Source: Tubulanus polymorphus (Eukaryota > Animalia > Nemertea). Taken from it: a stretch of 64,000 nucleotides of DNA. The notes below the pieces were generated by a model. It was given only the letters and a program-made list of their open reading frames with translations. It did not search any database and was not told the origin of the DNA. The stretch is from contig NC_134025.1 of the NCBI RefSeq assembly GCF_964204645.1, positions 4,650,001-4,714,000 on the forward strand. The letters are read 5' to 3'. Position numbers and translations under genes: made by a program. This document shows positions 26,601 to 37,426 of this stretch, in pieces (the stretch's first letter is position 1; each line of letters starts with the position of its first letter).

Positions 26601-29600
26601 TCTGAATGATAGTTTAATACAGGATTACGATTTGCAGTAAACTGTTTTCTCAATGAGCACTCCGTATTGCGAAACCTATCACATGACCGCGCGATGGATT
26701 AAGTAATCAAACCGGCTGTTTGTATGCAGTTGGCACCCCCATCAAATCATTCCCCGGTGAAACATATCGAACATAATCTACGCACAGGGCGAAGATTAAT
26801 AATCATATTACATGTAAAGGTTGGCGCTGGAATTACATCCGAAGTCAACGCGTTTATTGTCGATACGTATATACGCGTCAATCAATCACCGTAGCAACCG
26901 TTTCATATCGCCGCGTCGGCGCCGCCAAAAATTCAGACGAGGAGACGGAACGATAAGACGAAAGATCGCCGATTATAGCCGCCCTCAATCGTGACCGACT
27001 CTAAAGAGACTGATTCATCACCGCTCGGCGAACAACGCGAAAACCGTCTCGGAATTTATGCCACGGCAGTCGCGCGCGCGCGGGGGCATCGAGCGTGCAC
27101 TGATATAAAACGGATGATGAAAAATCTACGGAGACCGGATATTTCGACACTGGAGATTCTGCAGTTCTTCCGTTACAGACGGAAAAACTTGCCATCCAGA
27201 GGATCGAAGAATCATATAGCAAGACGAAGGAAGCTCGCCGAACAAAAAAAAAAACAACTCCCATTTCAAACGAGAAGATTCATACTATAAGATTTCTTTG
27301 TCAAGCCGTCGCATATATCACTTCATCAATCCATCCTCTTCATTCCTACGATACTGTACTATTGGGTTAAGATGCCAAGCCTCTGATTTCAAACGAGACA
27401 AGATTTATACCATGTAAGATTTCTTTGTTAAGTCGCATGTGAATGCAATTCTAAATCCGTCTTTTTCTTCACGCCCCAATGATACATGACAGACAGACGC
27501 TAAGTTTCAAAGGGCACTAACGGGCTTGTGTATCTATCGCTATAACTGCCTCAGTTCCGGTTCTGAAACTAAAAAGGCTATAGAACAATCATCCATCAAA
27601 ATGTCATCAACTAGTTTTTAAAAACCGATGAAATCACGATCTACAAGCCCGCCTAATTTACATATATAACCGACCGGTTTTAAAGATTAATTTACACAGG
27701 AAGGTGTAAGAAAAACCGGTGAAATCCGAGTCGTCGCGATCGATGCGTATTAATTATTTCGCCCGCAACTGTCAGCAGGAATTAGTCTCCGTCGACTGAT
27801 AATGACGGAAAATAATCCGCTTCAGTTTCCCGTGCAAACACAATCAACGAAACGTAACCGTCTTCGCGTGTCATCGACGCCAAGTTTCCTTAAATCACGC
27901 CGTAATAATGTAACGAATAAGAGACTGACACAAAAACCTCAACGCTGAAATGTATACGTGAGACGCTACTGACGGGAGGGAGGATGTACAACGCCCCTCG
28001 AGGAAACAGTTTTACAGCGCCCACCCGGTTAGAATAGACTCCGCAATCCGATTATCAGAAATAAACTTAGCCGGAGTCAAAACCGAGTCCGCCCGGAGCA
28101 ACCTGCTACAAAAAAGGAACGGCCTCAAACAAAAACCTTATTCCCCATAGATAATTCTTTGCTTTGGCGTCTGGTGTCGGGACATTCCTACCATTTTTTT
28201 CTTCGACATTATTCTGTAGAGCGAAATCCGAATAATCCGCCGTAAAATGTTTTCCTTACTAAATGCGCGGCAAATCTATAACAGCTATGCTTGTCTCCGC
28301 TGATGGAGATCAATTCAAGGTGATTAGGTTGTCATGGAAATGTACAGGTAATACTAGATCTCCGGTGGAAAACTACGAAAGTGGTTTTGCTGCGAATCTC
28401 ATCAAAAATCACGTAGGCCTACACGAAAACCCGATATCCCGCGTTGTATTTTGATACGAACGTACAGCGGTGGCCGATCGAGGAATTTGTCAAGGGGACG
28501 GTGTTATTCTATTAGGCGTATATTGTATTTCATGATTAATCCGGACGACACACGATGCAGTCAAACACGTCATAACGACGACATTCGTTTTAATGCCAAA
28601 ACCGTTTGAACAGACCTCTCCAACCTCTTCACCATCCGCCAATAACTTATAGGTACGAATTGAAACTTTCATTTCAGACGCTTAGGAAATTCAGATTTTG
28701 AATAACGATTTTATTTGCGACAAATCAGAATCGATCGATCGATGATGACGTATCATACATTCTATCTCACTATTGAACTGTGTAAAGTGCCCGGTAACAA
28801 CCACGAAACATCATAATCCGACATAAGAGCACCGCGCATCAACTAACCTGTGGCGATTTTCCGCCGCTATTGATCACCGACCAACGGGATAGAATCCCTG
28901 TCATAAACATTGATTGTTGATACGGATCAATAGATCGTAAATTACGGATGCCTGATCGGTAACAGATGGATAGGTTGTCGGAGCGTGGTAAGCGCTGTTG
29001 GTGGTGGTTGCCCGGTAAGTTGATCATCTTATCAATCGGTAGACGCGCGTGGTAAATTCATACGATTGCCAATCAGGTTTCAACAGTAATCGGGCGGGAA
29101 TCGCTGGATGAAGACAATCCCTACACTTGTTCATTAATTAAAAGATTGATCCTGTGTGAACTAATGAATGGCGGATTATTTGAAGAAGATTAATCAAATT
29201 AGTAGCGCATGATAAGTAAAGCCTTGTGCTTTGCAAATTCCTGAAAATTACCTTTAACTACTAACTCGAGATTTAACTTGATTAAAGAAATATTAACAAA
29301 TAAAGCAATTCTGTTTAATGAAAGCTCGATCAATGATATTTCTATTCTCAATAATGAAATCAGAAAAATGAAAACAATTTAGTCGCCAGATTTAATGAAA
29401 ACTTGCCCCAAGCAATTTCCGGATGTACACAGTAATAACGACTAGCTTCCAGTTATAACTGTTGATTCAAATTATGCAGCGAAATAATGTTTACACAACT
29501 TTCATCTCTCTGGATTAAGATTTCCTTAAAACGCGGTTTACTGTGATCAGGTTTTCCAAATTACCGATATATATATAACCCGTAATTGACCCACTCCAAA

Positions 29601-30930
29601 CTGCAATCTAACCCAGATTCTTATAGGTGGGTTCTTACAGATCATCGAATCTAAATTACCGAATATTTCCCAGACTCTTCACCAAAAATTTCCTGGGCCC
29701 AGTTTATAGACTGGTATTATCTTTAACTCTGGGGCTATACTCAAAATTCATTTTCAATTGCGTTAGCCCCAGGGTTAAAGTTAATAGACTATCTTCGCAA
29801 GAAAGAACAACATTAAGACGCCAACAATTCTAATTCTGACTTTTTCCTGATTTTCATGATGAATCAAAATTCCCTGATTTTCCCAAGGAAACCGGAATTT
29901 TACCTGTAAGAAACCAGCAATGTCGAAATCATTAAATGTTTTCTTACCTGTGTCTTTTCAAATGTTGCCAATCGAACTGATATCTCGGAAGATAATCGAC
30001 GACGGGCGCGACCGCGCTCACGATCCATTTATTCGACCGACCGCAATCGAAATACGGCGCCGTAAACTGCACCGGCATTATCTGGTCTTCCTTTTCACCG
30101 GGGGACGGCGGCCCGAAGAAATTGAAGTTTCCGAGTTGACTCGAGGGAAGCGTCGACGCGTTGAGGCCTTGTTTTCCGATGTTTATCTCATCGAGCAGTT
30201 CACCGGTTCTGTTCGAAAATCGTATTTTGATGTGGTACTCCTGTTTGTAAATGTCCGTCGTTTTCGAGAAATCGGGCAACCATTTCTGATACCATTGGTT
30301 GAACTTGTAGGTATGGAGCGTGTAATTACGCTCGGGCCCGGCGCCGTAATCTTCTACATCGATCGTCCGATTGGTCGGTTCTCGTAGCCAATTCGTAGGA
30401 TCGTCGTAATCGTCGATACGCCAAGCCCTCGGTCCGAATAGCGACATCGTATTGTTGAAAGGAATAACCGACGGGTACCAGTTCGGGTACGTGCAGTTAT
30501 TGTCGTAGAAAACGGCGCTGCCGTTGATCGCGGCCGGGTTCGCCGCGACGTCGGCCGCCGCCGAAAAGTAATAATACAACAAACCGGGAAGCAATTCGTC
30601 CTGCCACGGCTGAATCATATTTTGTAAAATGAAACTGTAAAACATCGCGCGATTCATGGCCATGTTATGCAAGTGCAGGAGCGTGCTTCGGTTTTGAAAC
30701 AAGTACGTAGATCGAAGCTGGTTATATTTGGGCACCTGGGCCAGCGTGTCTTCGCTAAGAACGAGTTCGCTTTCAGGTTTATATTTACAGTTTTCTTCGG
30801 TAACCGAGTCTATTCTGTCCATGACTTCGTCGAAGCTGTCTTTCGGCATCCAGTCGTAGGGACCTCCGCTACATCGAATTACTCCGAACAGAGAGCTGAC
30901 AACCAGCATACACCACACCCAACACTCCAT
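17657..30930 (-). CDS. Secreted/GPI-anchored protein with two tandem GPR158/GPR179-like ectodomain (Cache + EGF-like) modules and no 7TM; 9 exons, 959 aa
   Basis: Exons 29948-30930, 24040-24166, 22764-22929, 21948-22272, 21266-21540, 20503-21124, 20300-20417, 18521-18678 and 17657-17762 join with GT-AG in consistent phases (2880 nt). Motifs: FGPRAWR/FGPYAWR, PYFDC..SNKW/PFFKC..DLW, DINQC, F.GTARC/FKNTAKC, GGYTCMC/GGYKCEC. Confidence 0.85.
17969..17990 (-). promoter_or_regulatory. CTCF-like motif, copy 1
   Basis: gtcacgccatctggtgggatag; reverse complement core CCACCAGATGGCG. Confidence 0.45.
26050..26071 (-). promoter_or_regulatory. CTCF-like motif, copy 2
   Basis: gtcacgccacctggtgggatag, 21/22 identical to 17969-17990; reverse complement core CCACCAGGTGGCG. 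Confidence 0.45.
27264..27480. repeat. Diverged tandem duplication (~125-bp period) in an intron
   Basis: tttcaaacgaga..agatt.atac.at..aagatttctttgt.aag..tcgcat occurs at ~27264 and ~27387. Confidence 0.6.
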
Positions 30931-31842
30931 TCTAATTGTTTACGTTACTTTAACAGCTTTTAAAATACATAAAATACCTTTTGTTACGAAAAATAAGAAC
31001 TAAAAACTGTCCATAACTTCGCCATCAAAATGGCTGCGCCACCAACAACTATCGGGGACCGTCTTATAAAATATGAGTTAGTGTGTGACGCGCACCTGTA
31101 CACAATGAACGCGACAATCAATTAACGATAGTAAGCAATCCAGCGCTCGGCACGAATTACGCACTGCAACACGAGACAGACAGCGCTGCTGTCGCTACCT
31201 CCTCGGCGTAAAATCCCCGTGAGAAATAAGATGTGTTAGCACAGACGCGCCACACGCAATAAACACAGGCCAGAAAATCTCATTATTGTTTAAAAAAAAA
31301 TTCTATCATGATATTCTCCCCTCGATTAACCGAATGCGCATGCGTATTGGTCATAGGTGAGTCGCGCTGTAAGCGACTATGGGCGTATATCCCATCGAAT
31401 GAATCACAATATCAACCTACTCAACTGTTGATTAGAATTACCTAATTCATGAAAATTACAGAAATTCATAGAAATCAATTATCTCATTACGTTTTAATTA
31501 AAACCTCCACGTTGACAATAACAGATTTTCTAAAAACTCTAATCCTAATAGAAAAGGATGTCTATTCTTCGATCAGTCCGAGTTGAATCTTCGCTTCAAG
31601 TTAGTTTGCTCTTTTGCTGTTTATCAATAAAGGTATCAATTGATTCAATCTTCAGCACTCCCAATGAGTATATGATATAATCCAAAAGCTTTAATTATAG
31701 TGTTTCCTTCGGAATAATTATGGTCCTCATCTTTCTCTTATTTTGAATATACATCAGACATGGGAGTTCCAGGTGAAGTTAACAGACTCTTTGCTATTGT
31801 TGATTCACAGTCACCTCAAATTACCGAGCTAATTACAGTCCA

Positions 31843-31856
31843 GTTTCCATAGCAAC
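31843..31856. promoter_or_regulatory. RFX X-box
   Basis: GTTTCCATAGCAAC matches the consensus GTYNCY-AT-RGNAAC exactly. Confidence 0.5.
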
Positions 31857-32600
31857 ATAATTTTGCAATCTTCCACCGAGACATCTAGGATATCAAATTA
31901 CTGCGAAACTAATAATCTGCCACATTCCTTTTACTCCTCCTTTTAATGCAAAATATAGGGAATCTTTAAAAAACGTGTAATACTCAAACCTATGCAAAAC
32001 CAAAGAGGCTCCCGACTTCTATTTATAGCCAGCAAAATATAATAAGATAAATAAAATATGTATAAGAAATAAAGTTCAGCCATTTATTAATTAAAAATTC
32101 ACTTGAAACTATTTACAATAATTACAGAAAATAAGAATTTATTAGTATTTTAAAGCAAATGAAGAAAATTAACAATGATCACATGCATCAATTTGATACT
32201 GAACAAATTAAGAAGTGACTTTGTAATTATGCAACTTCCATTGCACAAAATCGCCATCTTTACATAAACAGTGACATACAATAACTTTGAGGAAAAATCA
32301 ATGACACAAAAACTGAACGAAAAAATATTTTCATATTAATGTCAATCAATCGGGTAGATACAGTTGTAGGAAACTACATCACAATAATGAGAGGCCTCCA
32401 CAGTATATACAATTCACTATACTGTATTGTTGTATTAACCAATAGCACCAGTTCAGAAAATGAATATCAGAGGATGAAATATTTTGGAAATTTGCAGCTC
32501 TTTGTATGGTATCTCAACAACCAAAATGCACCGAACAATCGCAGAATACCCTCTACTTTGAATGCAACAATGATTGTACCTTCTCATCAAATGGAAATGG

Positions 32601-33692
32601 TTAACTTGATGTCGACGTCCTTTGAGTTGGTATTTTTGGACTTATATCTGGAAGAAGGTTACACTGCGAAATTATATCTATTTTGTCTTCTAAATTAAAC
32701 AAATTGTTGGTCATCAGTCGCATGTTATGAGACACTTCCTGAAATGAAAAATAATTTGATGCGTTACTACTTTTGAATCATTTAGGATATTCCCATGGAG
32801 AACCCCCACTTTTGCTAATTGAGTTTTCAAAGAAAGGAAAACAGATTTAGCCTGTGTATACCTGTATAATTGTTTGTGATTTGATCAACTGTTGGGTTGT
32901 ATTTCTCAAATTTCTGGATCCATTGGCATACATCTCACTCTTCATCAGTGTCAAATGTCTCAATAAATCTATGTTCTTCTCTCCTATATAAGAATTTAAC
33001 TTAACAGTAATAAGGCTCATTGAAATCAATGAAATAAGATTGATGATTCAATTTCAATCTCAAACTTACTTAATTTTCTGTGAAGCAACCTGAAAAAAGA
33101 GAGGAGGTCAAGATGTTTAACATTAGAGAGGAGCAATCCAATTTACAGAGAAGAACGATGACTTACGTATCATATTTTAAAGGCAGCTTTTCTTTATCAC
33201 TCAACTTTCTTGTTTGAGTGACAGTTTGGTCCTTATTAGTTGCAACAGTTCCTGTATCACCAGCTGTTAAGGGGTCAACTGTTTAATACAAATATGGGAA
33301 ACACTGTTCAACTATGAAAATTGTAACGTGAGAACATCATTAGTACTGGTCTGATCTTCATCATGTAATCATACGTAGTCATACCTTCTAAAGGAGTTAG
33401 TTCTTCAGTATTTATCTCATATTCACCGTCTGATTCAGATGCTTCTCCTGGCTCAACAATAACCTTCATTGGAGAATCGGCGACTGACTACACAAAATGA
33501 CAAAATGATGTTGATTAATCATTGCATGCAGTTGAGTTGTAAAATAGGTTCATCATCAAATCGAATTTAAATGAGCTGGAAATAAAAAGCCAATCTACAT
33601 ACCTCCCCATTGGTAGACATTATTTGGGTAACCTCTTGATCCTCGTCGGATTCAGCTGCTTCGCCCTCGATTATTTGGCGATCGGTGGACAT
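32601..33692 (-). CDS. BLOC1S3: BLOC-1 subunit 3, 6 short exons (mostly missed by the ORF track)
   Basis: Spliced product MSTDRQIIEGEAAESDED...PGEASESD...YDTLLHRKLREKN...EVSHNMRLMTNNLFNLEDKIDIISQCNLLPDI. Repeated GEAxExD motifs and C-terminal DI..C.LLPDI match BLOS3. Confidence 0.85.
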
Positions 33693-34096
33693 AATGACGG
33701 CGTGAAAAGAAATATTTTAAGATCACTTTTTTTACAGTGCGTCCACCATATTGAAATGTCACATGACTTTAGTTTGACAGCTAAAGCGAAACGACCTTGA
33801 AAAGTGAGCATTGCATTTACCGAACCTATTAATATTTTCGAATTCTCATTTCCACTAAAAATGACAGCTTTTAAGTGACTAAAAATGATGATAATCAATT
33901 ATGGAGGGTAAAATTCTTAAATCTGGGTATTTTTGGAAAATAGATTCTACGGCTTTACATCGGTGCGGCGAGCTGGAATACTCCGAGAATATTCAATTCA
34001 GTACCGCGTTTGACTTTATACGTAGTAAATTCACTTCCGGTTACTAGAAAGCGATTAGAAATCGGATCGTTTATTGCGCTGAATTTTGGAATTGGA

Positions 34097-35310
34097 ATGG
34101 CTCCAGCGAGACACCAACGCTCTTTAAGCCCTTCTCATAAAAAGCACAGAAAAAAACACCATCATCGTTCTCGATCTAGAAGTGCAGAACGAAGCAAGGT
34201 AATGTAGACAAGTCAACTTTTGCAAACCCACCGATTCTGAAAAAGGAAGCAATCCAATTCATTCCAAAAATTGTAAAAAAAAGTTGTGGCTTTATTTTTG
34301 TATAAAATGTATCCATTTTATATTGAATCACGTACGGTACATCAGGGACGCTTAAACTGCATTAGATAACTTGGATAGATGAATTGTTAAATTTGTGAAT
34401 TGTTTTCTCATTGCAGCCGAAAACAGAAGAACATCGAACTACAAAGAAAGGAAAACTAGACAAATATGGCCGCAGCAGTTCAGACAATGATTCCGATACC
34501 GATGAACATCAAGAGAACCGTCATCATCGTCAGAAAATACGACGAAAAGTCGATCGACACGGACGAAGCAGTTCCGACGATAGCGAAACGGAAGAACGGA
34601 ACTCACACCATCATCACAACAGAGCGAGGGACAACGACAAGCATCACAGATCTTCGGACGATCGACACAGAAAATCACGACAAGAACACGAGGATAGACG
34701 ACGGGATGACCACAGGAGAAAACGCGATGAACTCGGTCACCGTCGTGATCGTAATAACCCCGGCGAATTCAGCGGACAGGATCAAAATTCGAAACCGCAG
34801 ACCAATGAGGCGAAACCCGATTTTGCTTTGTCGGGTAAATTAACCGAGGACACGAACACGTACAAGGGTGTCGTTATCAAATACAACCAGCCTCCGGAAG
34901 CGAGGAAACCGCGTAAACGTTGGAGACTTTATCCGTTTAAAGGCGAAGAGGGATTGCCCGTTTTACACATTCATAGAGAAAGCGCATTTTTAATAGGTCG
35001 GGAACGCCGCGTCGTCGACATCCCTACCGATCATCCGTCGTGTTCGAAACAGCACGCCGTGTTACAGTTCAGACTGGTTGAGTTCAGGAGAAACGACGGA
35101 AATATCGGACGCAGAGTACGACCGTATATCATCGATCTCGGCTCGACTAACGGAACATATGTAAATAATAAACGCATAGATAGCGAACGTTACGTGGAAC
35201 TGATTGAGAAAGATGTTCTTAAGTTCGGATTCAGTACTCGAGAATATGTTTTGTTACACGACAAAACGAGTACGGCTGAATTAGACGATGATGATGGAGT
35301 TTCAGATTAA
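34097..35310 (+). CDS. SNIP1: Smad nuclear-interacting protein 1 (FHA-domain RES complex subunit); exons 34097-34198 and 34417-35310
   Basis: RS/RD-rich N-terminus; KPDFALSGKL, KYNQPPEARKP, WRLYPFK, DHPSCSKQHAVLQFR, PYIIDLGSTNGT, LKFGFSTREYVLLH. Confidence 0.96.
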
Positions 35311-35987
35311 CTGTCTGTGTTTACTGTGGGATGGGACGTTGCATTTTGAGCTCAAAGTCCTCAATCATAGAACATCATGTAATTTAAAAGTTGTCAATGT
35401 AGGGCTTTTCAAGTTACTCAATCAAGTGAAACTCCTCTAGCTTATGAACCTTCAGTGGACTCCTTCCATTCGAGTAAGACCATTTAGGACTGTGAATATT
35501 TGTCTGACTTAAAGTGATATCCAATTATTATGTTCTATATTCCAACTCTTTCACAAGAATATTTCAACAAACTTCAGTGTTAAATTGTTTTCCGAGTTGA
35601 TCGGATTAGACTTAAGCGTTGGAGTCTACTGTTGGATTCAGAGTTCTTGGATCCGTATGAACCAGATACCTAGGTATTTGTTTTTCGTTCCGGGTTTTCG
35701 TTGGGTCTAGGGTGATGAAGTCCCACCCTTACTTAAGATGTACGTTGATCTCTGGTTTGTTGGTGTACTGGCTTCAAACAATATTGATGGCATACCTGTA
35801 TATTTTGTAATGTAACCTTGTTTTAAAATGGAAATAAAAGTATATTCCTTGTATTCATGGAGATTTATTTGTATTTGGATAACTCTAGATTAGAAATAGT
35901 CTCGGATCCTAGCAATGACCAATGACAATGACAATAAGATTGAAAGCAACATGAATGGGAGACGTAACAATTAGACTAGGATTTCAA

Positions 35988-36596
35988 TTAGGATTTTTCA
36001 TCCTGTTCTTTATTTTCTTCAGATGTTTCCATGCTTTCTGGTTTATCTTTAGTTATAAGTTTCTTCATTTCCTCTACCGTACGTAGTTTTTTGGGCGCGA
36101 CATAAGATCCCATTCCTGCAGCTCGTTCAGCTTCCTCTTGACTATACGGTTCTGTTTCCAACTTCTTCATCCTGGAAATAGACAACGCCGAATACATCAC
36201 TACTGTGAATGTGTAATATCCGTTGGTTAAAACGAAACCTGGAAATATTCACCTCCTTTTGTGTGGTTTACTTTTGAAATGAGTTTGTAACGTCTTTTCA
36301 TCGAGAAAATGTTTTCTGAAATTACAAACAAGAAATAAATGGAATTTGAATCATTATTCTTCGTTAGAACAAATTGAAGAATCTATGATTATGAACGATA
36401 CTTACGCGCAAGTAATACAATAATGTTGTGCACCACCAGCTACATCAAGATCTAGTTTTTGATTTAGCAATTTCTCTCTATTCGCTGGTTCTAAATCTTT
36501 ACTGATTTCATCAACATCTCTTCTGTAACGTTTAGTCTTGAATTGTTTGAGCACGTTATTGCCTTTGTGTTGTTTCTTTCTAGCGAGTCTGCCCAT
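35988..36596 (-). CDS. ZNF593: Zinc finger protein 593 / Bud20; exons 36406-36596, 36253-36315, 35988-36171
   Basis: [31 protein letters not shown]...[31 protein letters not shown]. Confidence 0.94.
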
Positions 36597-37426
36597 TTTC
36601 TACAAATTTGATTTTAGTCCTATTGATTAAGCAATTCACGATTGAAATTCTATAGGGAATATTTTCGTTGGTCGAAGAAGTTTCTCAGCATCTGTCAAAC
36701 AATAGTTATTTGCTCACAACACTAACTTACGTTGATAACCTATAATGTTCCTCTTGATTTACAAATGACAATTTTATTTGCGAAAGTTTGATAGGACTCG
36801 AAATTTGGTGAGGATTTGATCACATGTACTTTTTTACTTCCGTGTTCAATAAAATATAAATTGAATTTAATTCATGTTCAATCAAATCTTAATTTATTGA
36901 AATATTATCACTGAATAGCAGAATGTAAAATATAGACTTTAAAATAAGCTAACAGTTGTAATATATTGAAAAGGGTACACTGAAATTCTTGCCGACCTGG
37001 ATTAAATAAAAAGAAGACATTTAAGAGATAAAGATAGATGGCAGCACTGGAGAAAATATGGTGGATCGGAATTTTTGTGTTGAGTGACAATTCGCAGGAA
37101 GTGCCGATGAAATTCCTCGAAATACTGGCGATGTTTTGAAGGGTTAGGTGTCGCATCGTAAAGAAAACAAACTGAAGGGTACGTTGAAACTTTCCCGACT
37201 AAGAAATAGGCCTTTTTACCAGTGTGAATGACCGTGGAACGGCTGGAAAAAATACGAATTTTGACAGCCTTGTATCTCAAGTCTTACACGTTAGATGGCG
37301 GTACCTGCATTAGATAATTCGGGATTCGAACCCGATAAACAGGAAGAACATGCCATGTGTGCTGCTGCCTGCTTCTATTTGAAGTATAATTCATGCTTCT
37401 AGTCTTGATGTTAATTAACAGAAATT

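Noticed and set aside
26991-27290. Basic 99-aa ORF in the large intron
   Set aside because: GTG start, no recognisable motif, runs through a poly-A tract into a tandem duplication.
29920-30963. Plus-strand ORFs of 155 and 98 aa
   Set aside because: Antisense shadows of the GC-richer exon 1 of the GPR158-like gene.
32339-32698. 119-aa plus-strand ORF
   Set aside because: Antisense to the BLOC1S3 last exon and 3'UTR; no protein-like features.
37270-37390. Possible tRNA gene around the T-arm motif
   Set aside because: No acceptor stem, D-arm or anticodon arm could be paired.
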